A stretch of 64,000 nt of DNA from Bdellovibrionota bacterium (GTDB taxonomy: Bacteria; Bdellovibrionota; UBA1018; UBA923). The stretch's first letter is position 1; every line of letters begins with the position of its first letter. The notes beneath the pieces were generated by a model. That model worked only from the letters and a program-made list of their open reading frames with translations. It did not search any database and was not told where the DNA came from. This document shows, piece after piece, positions 6,909 to 16,646 of this stretch. The translations under genes were made by a program, and so were the position numbers. The stretch is from assembly GCA_040754655.1 (NCBI GenBank), contig JBFMCE010000001.1:1-64000 (forward strand), given 5' to 3'.

Positions 6909-9758
6909 TCAGCGTGCCCTTGCTCCGAGGTCGAGCAAGTTGCCGTCTAGATGAGAAACCGATTGCTTCTTCCCTTCCACATTCTCCAGTCTCATGAAAC
7001 GGAAAAGCTCATGAAATCCTTGTCTGGTTTTAGGTTCAAAATCAACGTCAATCCCGGGAATTTTATTTCGAGCAAAGCTTTGGGCAATGGGTAAGAGCAA
7101 AGAGACGAAGTCCCCTGGGTATTGCGCCACCTGAGACTCTTTCCAGCGCGAAAGATGACGCTTAAACTCAGGTTCAGGCATTTTAGCCAATGCATCGATG
7201 TCGTATCCCAGCCAGTGCAGCACCGTTGGGGCAAGGTCGACAATGGTAGGGTGAGTGCGTTCTTGGTTTGCGGGTTGAAGCACTGTTTTGCCCTGTGGAT
7301 CGACGCTCGTCCGATAGCGAGAAAAGGCCATAAGGTTTTCACTAGGCGGAATCCCTGGTCCTGAGGCAAGAATGATGGTCCGCTTTTCTTCTTTATGCAA
7401 ACCGCCGTGTCCGCCGGCGTTGTCGCCAAAGTTCCAACCCTGCGCGTGCATCAGCGTGAGATCGCCAATAGCGGGATTGGTTGAATAAAGGTAAGAACCC
7501 ATTCCCGCCACGGCATTATGATAATAGTGATCGCGTTCAACGCTAAGGTCATTCCACTCATTGTAGGTGCGGTAACGGAGATTCCGCTCTTTAGGGAGGT
7601 CATAACCCAAGGGATCTCGGTTCTTGGTGACGCGATAGGCGTAAAGCAATTCACCCGTATTGGCATCTCTGCGAACGACGATTTCGCCTCTGTTCTCGAA
7701 ACGATCCATGACCACGATCTCGGTCTGTTTTGGGAGAGGCTCAGCCGGGGAAATCTTGTGGTTGTCTTTTCGAACGAAAATCAACCCCACGCTCGGAAGG
7801 GCTTTTAACGTCGCGAAGAGTTTTCGATTTGAAAGGATAGTGCTGTAGCTTGGTCTTGTTTTCCATGAGGCATGATCCTTCCCTGATGAGGCGGGCAAGA
7901 AAATTTCAGCGTTGTTTTTTGCGCCTCCCCCATAGACGACTTCCACGTGCTTCTCGTAAAAATCTGACAGGAACTTTTTCTCTTCGGTGTTGTAGTGGGC
8001 GTCGCCTTTGAGATGGAGTTTCGTCAAGACGTCAATGATGGTCGGTTCGGCCGGATCAACGTATTGTTTCTCCGCGTGCTCGATCTTGCTCTTACCATAA
8101 GAAAACAAGAACCAAAGTGCATCAAGGGCGTCGTCTTTGAAGTCTGCGATGAGATTTGCGAAAAAATTCTTAGCCCACACCTGCGACTGAAGCACCGAGT
8201 TTTTCACGATGGTTGATTGCCAACGCTCAATTTTATGGGGAAAAGAGAGTTCCAGCGGCAAGTGCCTGTCGTCTATCCCTATTTTTGCCTCGGGATGGGT
8301 AGATAGCTTGGAAGAAGGTATGGCGATTTCCAGGCCGCGATTCAACGCCTCTAAGAAAGAAACCTCCTCGGAATCAACTTCGCGCCCGTAGTGCCGGTTG
8401 TTTTCATTGTCTTCGGCCATCATGTATTTGGTGTCGACCATCCCGTGATCACCGAAAAACAAGAATAGCGTTTGTTCGAAAAGCGAGTTTTCTAGCCGTC
8501 CCCTGCGAACGTAGTTCTCAATCCCCGGCTGCGTCTTCTTTTCAAAGCAATGATCCGAATCCCTAGTGCAGTCAAATCTGAAGCTTCGAAGCGTGTTGAT
8601 GAGCCTGCCTATCTCAATGTCCACGACGATCATCCCGAGAACGTAGTGAGGCTCGGCGTAAGCAAGTGCCGGCGTTGTCGAGGTTGAGAGTCCGAGCGAT
8701 GTCTGTTCAGAGTTGAAAGATTCGATCTTCGGCAAAACGAAGCAAAACTCTTGAGGGCGTCCGCTATAGGGGTTCCTGCTTATTTTCGTAAAGTGCCCTA
8801 ACGCTTTTTCTTTCTTGAGTGGGCCTTTTTGAAATGATTTTTTGGTCAATACGGTCCTTTGGTCGGAGTCATTTTCAATCAGCTTGAATACTTGCTCCAT
8901 CCGTTGGTCCTCGACAGCATCGAGACTTTCGCGAGAGACGCAATATTCACCTTCGGTTGAAATACGTTCATGAAGAGACGCTACTGCGCCCATCAAGTGA
9001 GAAAACTCATCGGCGCAAGCGAGCAACGAGGTTGAAAGCGCGGGAATTTTCTCGGAAGGCGATTTTGCGATGCGCTCATAAACCTTTTGGATCCCAGCCA
9101 TCGTCGCGTGGGCTTGGTCATAGTAGGTGTGCTGCAAAACCGCCATGCCGCCTTCGCCAAAAGCGCTTGAGTAGTTTTTGAAAGGGACATTCCTGCGATG
9201 CAGTGCAAAGCCTGAAGTCACTGTTTCGCCTTCATAAGTAAGGTAGTCAAAAAGCGTGGGGTTGCTCGGAAATTCAAGGCCTAGCTCGTAGTTGATGACT
9301 TCAGGTGGGTCGAGCCAAAAATTTTTGAACTGATAAGAGGTTCGGTTGAACTGCCACCAGCCTGCGATCGTCGTGTCTCTTCGGGAAGTGAGGTACGATT
9401 CAATTACTTTCATTGTTTCTGACTTATCAACCGTGGAAGCATCGTAGGAAACGCGCCCGCGAGCCAGTAGAAGTGAGAAATGAGGGAGCTGGCCAGCCTT
9501 CAACAGCTTCTCGAATAGATCTGAACGGAAGCCATCCAAGTGCATCATGTGCACATGCCGTTTTAGGGGATCTCTTTTGGCCTTCGTGAAGAAGGCCATG
9601 TTTTCTTGCGCTCCGGCATTCAAACAGAAGCTCAAGAGGCATAAAAGGGGGCCTGTGATCCAGAAATTGAAGCAAACGGGAAAAAGCCTTTTTACGGTTC
9701 GCCAGCTAAAGGAAACGTTCAGCGCTTCTTGCATAAAAATCCCCGGGATAAAGTTCAA
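6909..9758 (-). CDS. Large exported alkaline-phosphatase-superfamily (NPP-like) protein
   Basis: HLDGFRSD, SET nucleophile region, DEFSH, FGDHG, GGHGG, DLAPT motifs; signal-like segment near the N-terminus (true start uncertain). Confidence 0.7.
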   Translation of the reverse strand: MNFIPGIFMQEALNVSFSWRTVKRLFPVCFNFWITGPLLCLLSFCLNAGAQENMAFFTKAKRDPLKRHVHMMHLDGFRSDLFEKLLKAGQLPHFSLLLARGRVSYDASTVDKSETMKVIESYLTSRRDTTIAGWWQFNRTSYQFKNFWLDPPEVINYELGLEFPSNPTLFDYLTYEGETVTSGFALHRRNVPFKNYSSAFGEGGMAVLQHTYYDQAHATMAGIQKVYERIAKSPSEKIPALSTSLLACADEFSHLMGAVASLHERISTEGEYCVSRESLDAVEDQRMEQVFKLIENDSDQRTVLTKKSFQKGPLKKEKALGHFTKISRNPYSGRPQEFCFVLPKIESFNSEQTSLGLSTSTTPALAYAEPHYVLGMIVVDIEIGRLINTLRSFRFDCTRDSDHCFEKKTQPGIENYVRRGRLENSLFEQTLFLFFGDHGMVDTKYMMAEDNENNRHYGREVDSEEVSFLEALNRGLEIAIPSSKLSTHPEAKIGIDDRHLPLELSFPHKIERWQSTIVKNSVLQSQVWAKNFFANLIADFKDDALDALWFLFSYGKSKIEHAEKQYVDPAEPTIIDVLTKLHLKGDAHYNTEEKKFLSDFYEKHVEVVYGGGAKNNAEIFLPASSGKDHASWKTRPSYSTILSNRKLFATLKALPSVGLIFVRKDNHKISPAEPLPKQTEIVVMDRFENRGEIVVRRDANTGELLYAYRVTKNRDPLGYDLPKERNLRYRTYNEWNDLSVERDHYYHNAVAGMGSYLYSTNPAIGDLTLMHAQGWNFGDNAGGHGGLHKEEKRTIILASGPGIPPSENLMAFSRYRTSVDPQGKTVLQPANQERTHPTIVDLAPTVLHWLGYDIDALAKMPEPEFKRHLSRWKESQVAQYPGDFVSLLLPIAQSFARNKIPGIDVDFEPKTRQGFHELFRFMRLENVEGKKQSVSHLDGNLLDLGARAR

Positions 9759-9814
9759 AACTAAATAGAATCAATTGGAAAAGCCCTGGTGTTGCTGCTA
9801 TAACACGACGCACT

Positions 9815-11788
9815 ATGATTTCAAGATTTATCCTCGCCTGCATCGCCTTGATGGCAACCTCTTTTTGCGTTTTTGCTAATGATGACAAAGTCAATTCTTC
9901 TCCTGGCGGAAGGTGTGAATGGTTGGCGACGCCGCCAAAACCTCAAAGCACAGTCTCGATGAAAAAAGTTGAGGCCAATGATCCCGAGGCGCATTTGAAG
10001 ACAGCGCTGGCGGCTCGTGAAACGAAAGAGACGCAAGGCGTGCGAGGAACCAAGGCTTTCGTTGAAGACATCGTTAAAGCGAGGAAAGCCCAGGGCGAGC
10101 TTAGAACCCGGCAGGAAGAAGATTCGGCGCGCGCTGAGCTTGAATTTACGGCGCTTACCGACCATGGCTTTTTGCAAAAAGTTATCTTAAGGGTGCTTGC
10201 GGCCAAAAAAATCAGTGATGCGTCGGCCATTCGAGCAACCCTGGAAGCGACCCCTGGCCGATTGAAGGAAAACGACTTTAGTTTGATTCATGACATCGTG
10301 AATACGCTGGTGCGTGAGATTGATCCTGACCTTGATTACAACGAGAGAAGCGAGATTCCCGAGTTAGCGAAAGAGTTTGGCTACAAAGACACGGTTGAAG
10401 GGCGTCGGGAATACAGAGAGTTCGTGACTCTCTGGAGGACTCATCAGCGCCAGAACTTTAGGCTCGTAGGGATTCTGGTCACCGACCTTCTCGTAGAAGT
10501 GTCAAAACCTTTCATTGATCAAGTGATCGCTCTACGAGGCGGGGCCTTAAAGAGGCTCTTGGTGCGGGTCGAGCCCGCGGAGCTGCTTGAACGCAAGCAG
10601 CTCGTCAATCTCGGGAATGTGAAGCTTGGTAAGGAAGAGGCTTATAACTCGAAAGAGCTTTTTGATTATCTTGACTCGTCACATGAAGCCTTTGTGAATT
10701 ACTTCGTCGTCACGAACCTGCAGTATCTGACGCCAACGCAATTGGTATCGCTATTGAAACGCCACGGGAAGGTTTTGACGAAAGAGGCGAGGGAGGAAGC
10801 TGAGGCTCATGTCTACGATTCTCTGATCCAGAAACTCGAAAATAGCATGGCGGGCGCATATCACCCCGGTGAAGCGGGTGAAGCGATGGCGTCGCTGAAA
10901 GACTTTTTCGGCGTCGCAACGAAATACAACTATGAGGGTTTCGTGCCGACTTATGGTTCCCGTCTCAGGCTCGAAGAGCTTGATGGGCTTATTGGCCTAG
11001 AAGCCTTTGGCAGGCTTCCAGCGGATGTGCAAGAAAAGGTTCAGTACCAGCGCTTGGTTGCTTTTTATGAGCATGTCATTGAGCGCGTGAAAGGGCAGGG
11101 CAAGAGAGCGTTTTCGCGTGATGCGCTTTTGAAGCTCTTTGATCAAAGGGCAAATGAGATCGATCAGAGGAAGGGCGCGGTAAATAACCCTCTACTGCAA
11201 ATGCAGCTCGAACTCATGGCGGCTTTCTTGAATAGCGAGCACGGGCATCATAGGCCTGCAGAGAACCCGAATTACAGCGCTTGTAAAAACTGCGAAGTCG
11301 AAGGGGCGACTTATGAGCTCAGCATCCTTAAAAAGATGAGTGAGATGGCTCAGCGTTCATATGAAGCGTTGAGGGCGGGCGTGGACTTAAGTCCTCCTGC
11401 ACCGGAAGGTGTTTTGAGGGCGTTTGACTTGGCTATTCAGCGGAACGAAGCGATCCTTGAAAAGGTTGAAGCAAGTCCCAAGAAAACTTTTCCCAATACG
11501 AATCCAAGGGCAGGCGGTTCTGGCGGCGAGATTTATGTTCTTGGGGCCTACGCGCAAAACATTATTGAAGCGACGAAGATTCAAGAGGGGCTTACGAGCC
11601 CCTATCAAAAAGACCTCATCGAATTTTTCGTCTTGATCTCGCGCGCGGAGATGCATCGCTACGAAAGCGGATATTCGAGCATCACTAAGGAAGGCGCGAT
11701 AAGGCTCTTGAAAAAAGCGAATTTCATCTTAGTCGACATGCAAACCATTCTGTCCGGGCGAACCCTGCCGGGAGCGCCCATAGAGTGA
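9815..11788 (+). CDS. Exported helical hypothetical protein
   Basis: 657-aa ORF, signal peptide (..FCVFA), HGHH...CKNC motif; no recognised family. Confidence 0.7.
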   Translation: MISRFILACIALMATSFCVFANDDKVNSSPGGRCEWLATPPKPQSTVSMKKVEANDPEAHLKTALAARETKETQGVRGTKAFVEDIVKARKAQGELRTRQEEDSARAELEFTALTDHGFLQKVILRVLAAKKISDASAIRATLEATPGRLKENDFSLIHDIVNTLVREIDPDLDYNERSEIPELAKEFGYKDTVEGRREYREFVTLWRTHQRQNFRLVGILVTDLLVEVSKPFIDQVIALRGGALKRLLVRVEPAELLERKQLVNLGNVKLGKEEAYNSKELFDYLDSSHEAFVNYFVVTNLQYLTPTQLVSLLKRHGKVLTKEAREEAEAHVYDSLIQKLENSMAGAYHPGEAGEAMASLKDFFGVATKYNYEGFVPTYGSRLRLEELDGLIGLEAFGRLPADVQEKVQYQRLVAFYEHVIERVKGQGKRAFSRDALLKLFDQRANEIDQRKGAVNNPLLQMQLELMAAFLNSEHGHHRPAENPNYSACKNCEVEGATYELSILKKMSEMAQRSYEALRAGVDLSPPAPEGVLRAFDLAIQRNEAILEKVEASPKKTFPNTNPRAGGSGGEIYVLGAYAQNIIEATKIQEGLTSPYQKDLIEFFVLISRAEMHRYESGYSSITKEGAIRLLKKANFILVDMQTILSGRTLPGAPIE

Positions 11789-11826
11789 GATTCGAAGTTA
11801 AGGAAACATACGGAGTACGAGGCAAA

Positions 11827-12780
11827 ATGAGAAAAACAGTATTGATCATCCTGTTGAGCGTTCTGGGTTTGAGCTTTTCCGGTTGCGGTGACAAGAACCC
11901 GCAGGTCATTCATCCTTGCCTTGAGCTAGAGAAGAAAACACAGGTTGCCAAGGGTAAGACAGAGCAAGAAGCTAATATCGCGAAACAGGGTTACGAGTAT
12001 CAGCGCAGAGGGTGTCAGGCCGGGGCTCAGTTTTCGAACGCGATGGCAATGACTTTGTTTTCAAGTGAGGTGCCGATTTTCCCGGAAGTGCTTTCCCGAT
12101 ATGGGAAGCATTATTGCGAGAATCTTCCGAAGCAGTTGTTGAAAAAGGAAGCGCGTTCAATGGGAGCGAGAAACTTTGAGAAAGATGTCGTCGAAGGTTG
12201 CCTTGAAGGGTCTGAACAGAGCGTCGAGAAATCTCCGCTCATCACGAAGCTCTATCAACCCGAAGGCAGGCCTCAGGCCAGCCCAGGGCTGGCGACGGAT
12301 CCAAAGGTTGATGCGGCCTATGCTCAAGCCCGTCAGATGGTCGATCGCATGGCGGTGAAAACCCGGAACCTTGACGAGGCGATTCATAAACTCAATAGGC
12401 GTCAGCAAGCTTTGAACGCGAGAGATTATGCTCAATCGCGACTTAGCAGTGCCAAGAGCCAAGACGTGGCTGCCAAGGCGCGCCATGATCTTCTTCATGC
12501 CGATAGCGCGGGCATTTTTTCAAGAAGAGATGCGGCGCGTGCCGACGAAACCGATGCTCTGCAAGCTTTGAATGTCGTGAAGACCAGGGTGAGACCTCGT
12601 GAAGAAGAGTATCAGAGAGCAAAAGCCAGGGAGCATGAAGCCCAATTTGCGGAAACACTCGCTTCAACCCGCCTTGCTGAAATCAAGGCGGGGATCGAGT
12701 CGGCTAAATCCAGGGCGAAGAGCAATAATCAGGAGGCGGACCGTCTCTTTAAAAAAGCGAAAGAACTTGATTCGGAATAA
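11827..12780 (+). CDS. Lipoprotein, Cys-containing N-domain plus coiled coil
   Basis: MRKTVLIILLSVLGLSFSG-C lipobox; Ala/Lys/Glu-rich helical C-half. Confidence 0.72.
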   Translation: MRKTVLIILLSVLGLSFSGCGDKNPQVIHPCLELEKKTQVAKGKTEQEANIAKQGYEYQRRGCQAGAQFSNAMAMTLFSSEVPIFPEVLSRYGKHYCENLPKQLLKKEARSMGARNFEKDVVEGCLEGSEQSVEKSPLITKLYQPEGRPQASPGLATDPKVDAAYAQARQMVDRMAVKTRNLDEAIHKLNRRQQALNARDYAQSRLSSAKSQDVAAKARHDLLHADSAGIFSRRDAARADETDALQALNVVKTRVRPREEEYQRAKAREHEAQFAETLASTRLAEIKAGIESAKSRAKSNNQEADRLFKKAKELDSE

Positions 12781-12804
12781 GCCGAAACGCCAAGGAGTAC
12801 GAAG

Positions 12805-14049
12805 ATGAAGAATCAAACGAATTTAAATTTTTTAAAACCAATCCTTTTGGCGGGTATTTTGTGCGCAGTGTTTGCCGGCTGTGAAAAAGAGGAAGAAGTC
12901 ACGAACCATATCCGAAAGACAGCTTGTGAGACTTTCAATGGGTCTGCGCTGAAAACTGATTGCGATCATGGCGTCATGTTCGCTTACGAAGCCGCGAAGG
13001 CATGGCACAAAGAGAAAATGCCTGTTGATCCGGCGGCTGTGTTCCATGCAGCTCTGGTCAAGTGCGTGAATGAAAAAGGGCCAAAACCAGAACTCAAGGT
13101 CAAGGGTAACGCCGATCAGTTGATGGCTTGTAACATTGGGATCTATGAGGCATTGAGCTTTCATGAGCAGACGTTGGCTTTGATCAAGATTGAGGCGATG
13201 GCTCTGGTTCAGGCGAGGCCTTCCATTTTCGCTGAAGCGGCGGTTCAAAATTTTTCCGAGATCCCCGCTTGTTTGTCGCAACAGACCCGACCAGAGCTTA
13301 ATCCAGCTTGGACAGGTGGCTGCGTCGGTTTGTCTGATTTTTCAGGTGAACAACTGTATATCATTGCGCGCGAGGTTCAGGCGCATCAAGGACAGATCTT
13401 GGTGAAGGCTGAAGAACATCTCAAAGAAGCCATCGCTCTTGAAGAGGAAAAAAGGAGATTCGACGCAGAGACGGCTGAAGTCGAGCGGTCGATCGCCGAG
13501 TGGAATCGAAAAAAGCAAAACTTGGAAACTGCTTTACAACAGACGAGCCTTTCTCAAGACAGGACTTCCGCGTATCGAGAGGAAAAGCGGCAACTTGAGC
13601 TTGCGGAGGTGACTTATCCAGAGAGAATCAAGGCCGCCGATTGGAATACGGCCTCAGCAGTCGCGCAAACGCTTCTTTTGAATAATGAATTCTCAAGCCT
13701 TCAAGACGACCTGGAAGATGCGAAAGCAAAGGAGAAAAGGTCTGAAGACAATCTTGCTAGCGCGAAGAGCAAATACAAGAAAGCTAAAGCGGCGAAAGAC
13801 CAACGTGATGAGGAGAAAGCCGAGGAAGAAAGAAGGAAGGCTGCCGCTGAAAGACGGAAGCAAGAGGAAGAAGAACAACAAAATCGCTCGAACACGGCTT
13901 GGCCTAGCGGTGGAGGGGGTGGCCTAGGCGGTGGAAACAAGAATCAAGGCGGCGGATCTTCGCGCGGCAGCAATTATAGCGGTGACGAAGAGTCTGACAA
14001 ACCTTCGGGTTCGGGTAGCGGCGGTACATCACGAGGTTCTCGCTACTAA
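12805..14049 (+). CDS. Lipoprotein, Cys-containing N-domain, long coiled coil, Gly/Ser tail
   Basis: AAGGAG RBS; LCAVFAG-C lipobox; EEERRK-type helix; GGGGGLGGG...GSGSGG tail. Confidence 0.72.
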   Translation: MKNQTNLNFLKPILLAGILCAVFAGCEKEEEVTNHIRKTACETFNGSALKTDCDHGVMFAYEAAKAWHKEKMPVDPAAVFHAALVKCVNEKGPKPELKVKGNADQLMACNIGIYEALSFHEQTLALIKIEAMALVQARPSIFAEAAVQNFSEIPACLSQQTRPELNPAWTGGCVGLSDFSGEQLYIIAREVQAHQGQILVKAEEHLKEAIALEEEKRRFDAETAEVERSIAEWNRKKQNLETALQQTSLSQDRTSAYREEKRQLELAEVTYPERIKAADWNTASAVAQTLLLNNEFSSLQDDLEDAKAKEKRSEDNLASAKSKYKKAKAAKDQRDEEKAEEERRKAAAERRKQEEEEQQNRSNTAWPSGGGGGLGGGNKNQGGGSSRGSNYSGDEESDKPSGSGSGGTSRGSRY

Positions 14050-14201
14050 ATTTGAAATTCAAAACAATGTTTTGAGAGAGCGGTCTGCTTGCCGTCATTG
14101 TTGGTTAACAATACGCGAGTTTGACCAGCCTTTGTTTGAGTTGATTGGCCTACAAACTGCATAAATCCGCGGAGTCATTTCAACGGTTGGGGGAGCTTTT
14201 T

Positions 14202-14777
14202 ATGGCTTATCAGCTTGAATTTGCGGAGGAGCGCGTACTGCGGGACGAGTGTGCACGCCAGATTGGCCGCCACAAGGGATCTGCGGTTGAACTGAGGCGC
14301 GCCTATGATGCATTGAACGAGCTGGCCGTGATATCCCAATCCGTGGTGAGCCAGGCTTACAACGAATACAGACAAATTTACCTCGAGGCATTTCAAATCT
14401 ACAATCGTGGAGATTTGCAAAATGCAGAGGTTCTGGCCCGCGCCGTGAAACATCTTTGTCGGGCGGCATGGTTCGATGCGAAGATTAAGCAACTTGAAAG
14501 CCATAGCGAGGATTTGCCTCATCTGCCTGGGCTGAATGAAAGCCCATTAAGTGGAATTGAGCAGGGAATTTTTGAAGTTGAAAGTAGACTGTCTCGACTG
14601 AAGCTTACGGGTCTCAGCGACCGGTTTGGGGGGCGCGCCCGAAAACACTTGCAGTGCATTAGAATGCTCGCCGACCGAAACTCGCTTCTCGCCGACACTT
14701 TCATGAAGGCAGCTTACGAATACTGTTTGGCCACCGAGATGCTGCATAAGATCGAATTCAAAGTAGCTGCAGCGTGA
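14202..14777 (+). CDS. Hypothetical helical protein
   Basis: GGGAG RBS before ATG 14202; no recognised motif. Confidence 0.6.
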   Translation: MAYQLEFAEERVLRDECARQIGRHKGSAVELRRAYDALNELAVISQSVVSQAYNEYRQIYLEAFQIYNRGDLQNAEVLARAVKHLCRAAWFDAKIKQLESHSEDLPHLPGLNESPLSGIEQGIFEVESRLSRLKLTGLSDRFGGRARKHLQCIRMLADRNSLLADTFMKAAYEYCLATEMLHKIEFKVAAA

Positions 14778-14827
14778 CTTAGCCAGGCCTCTACTGATTT
14801 CGTGAGTTCCAGCCGAAAAGCAAACTG

Positions 14828-16087
14828 ATGAATATCATGATGCGGCTAGGAATTTTTTTCCTGCTATTTGCCGTTCACGCATACGCTCAGGTAAAGATCG
14901 ACACCGTCGTCAAAGACGACGAATCGGGAGTACGGTATCAGACTCGTTCAGAATTAGGACATGGCGCCGAGGGAACGGTTTATAAAGTCGAAGAACTGGC
15001 GCCCGATGGCACTTCGACCGGAAGGCACTGGGCTCTTAAGGTGATTGGTTCCGAGTTCCCATATTACGACCATTTTCGAGGACCTCGCATCGTAGCGCAA
15101 TTGAGAGCGGAAAATCCTGAAAGCAAGGAACTCGATTTCTTCATTGCCGAAAGGCCCATTTCGCATTTAAGCGCCGTAGCCAATGGAAAAGAGACCCAGG
15201 TCGGAAAGGCGCTCCTTTCGGAGCTGCTTCCAGGGGTGAATATCTATTTATTGGGTAGGTGGTTTAAACTGTTTGATTTTCAAACAGGAGACCTAATATC
15301 TGCCGACCCGAAAGAAATAGAGCAACGAGTGCGTACCTTGTTCTTGCTGGCGCACGATAGCGTGGTGCCTTTGGATTATCTCGCGAAAAAAGGGTATGTT
15401 TTTCGTGACTACAAGCGCGCAAACATCTTGATACATCCAGGTCCTTCTCCACACTTCAAGTTGATAGATACGGGCATGGTTGAATCGCTAGAGCATATCA
15501 AAAATACGAAGGAACGGGCGGGCACTCCTCCTTTCATCGCGCCCGAAACGCTGGCTGATCCATTCAATCAAGACGCAATTGGCGAATTCTTGGACCGTTA
15601 TTCAATTGCGCTCAATCTCTGGAGTGTCGCAACAGATTATAATGGATACCGTTTTTCACTGGATCTCGGGACCGAGCTTGTAAAGCGTCCGGAGATTCTG
15701 GAAAAAGTGAGGATTAATTTGAAAACACTTCATGAGTCGGGCCAGCTTTCTGAAGAAGCTTTAAGGCAGTTTGAATTCCTGAATAGATTCATCGTTTCGG
15801 CGCAGTCGCTAAATCCTTCTGAAAGAGGTGTGGTCAAGGCAGAAGATTTCAAGGCATTTGACGTGGATAAGATCAGAGAAGAGACATCCGGCTATTTGCG
15901 CATGCTTTCCACTCGGCCCCCGGAGGACGTGATTTATCAGCTCCCGCCAAACAGGTCCATGAAGATTATTCAAGGCGAGAAGGAAGCTCCTCCTCCCAAG
16001 GCAGCTAAGACCGGCGCCTTTGCCAATATGAGATGCAAACTAAGGAATATGGTACAGGCGATAAAGGGTTGGGCTCATTTGAAATAA
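14828..16087 (+). CDS. Hanks-type Ser/Thr protein kinase with signal peptide
   Basis: GHGAEGTVY, ALK, RDYKRANIL, DTG, GTPPFIAPE, DRYS; N-terminal LLFAVHAYA cleavage site. Confidence 0.85.
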   Translation: MNIMMRLGIFFLLFAVHAYAQVKIDTVVKDDESGVRYQTRSELGHGAEGTVYKVEELAPDGTSTGRHWALKVIGSEFPYYDHFRGPRIVAQLRAENPESKELDFFIAERPISHLSAVANGKETQVGKALLSELLPGVNIYLLGRWFKLFDFQTGDLISADPKEIEQRVRTLFLLAHDSVVPLDYLAKKGYVFRDYKRANILIHPGPSPHFKLIDTGMVESLEHIKNTKERAGTPPFIAPETLADPFNQDAIGEFLDRYSIALNLWSVATDYNGYRFSLDLGTELVKRPEILEKVRINLKTLHESGQLSEEALRQFEFLNRFIVSAQSLNPSERGVVKAEDFKAFDVDKIREETSGYLRMLSTRPPEDVIYQLPPNRSMKIIQGEKEAPPPKAAKTGAFANMRCKLRNMVQAIKGWAHLK

Positions 16088-16232
16088 GAAATGCGCGAAA
16101 GGGCAAGCCTCGGTCACGCTTAAGATTTAAGTGCATTTTGGGGGGCCGCACCTTTGGCAGCCAGCCGTGCCGACTGCATCAGGCGCAGCCCTTTGATCAA
16201 AATTTAAAAACCATTGTATAAATGCGATGCCC

Positions 16233-16499
16233 TTAGACCGCCCCTGAACGCTGGAAGGAATCCGAAGATTCGTAAACGTCGCTCTGCGGGCCGGTGAAGG
16301 TTCTCATGCCCGACTGGTAGCCTTGATTCTGAAATTGACGTACTAGGGCCCAAATTCCAAGGCCAGCGCCTAATAGCAATACTCCGATGCCGGCGTACAT
16401 CAAAGGACGGTTGTATTGCAGTTCTTCGACCACATCACGCGAATCAAGGTTCTGCAGCTTGTCTTTGATGTTGTCGATCTTGCTCATGGTGTCTGTCAT
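16233..16499 (-). CDS. Small single-TM protein (ElaB/DUF883-like layout)
   Basis: AAAGGAG RBS, ATG 16499; charged N-half then RPLMYAGIGVLLLGAGLGIWALVR. Confidence 0.6.
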   Translation of the reverse strand: MTDTMSKIDNIKDKLQNLDSRDVVEELQYNRPLMYAGIGVLLLGAGLGIWALVRQFQNQGYQSGMRTFTGPQSDVYESSDSFQRSGAV

Positions 16500-16646
16500 A
16501 AAAATCTCCTTTTGAAAGTTAGTGGCACCAAGTGCAATTGGTATACCCTGGCGCGACGCAGGTTTGAGGAACTGATGCACTTGCGAGATTGAATTGAAAA
16601 GCCGATCTTCCCGAGTTATACAGCCGGCCAAAGAGAGGTTTTTAAA

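Noticed and set aside
16088..16232. Possible ncRNA between convergent genes
   Set aside because: Only weak GC pairing; no recognisable family or promoter.
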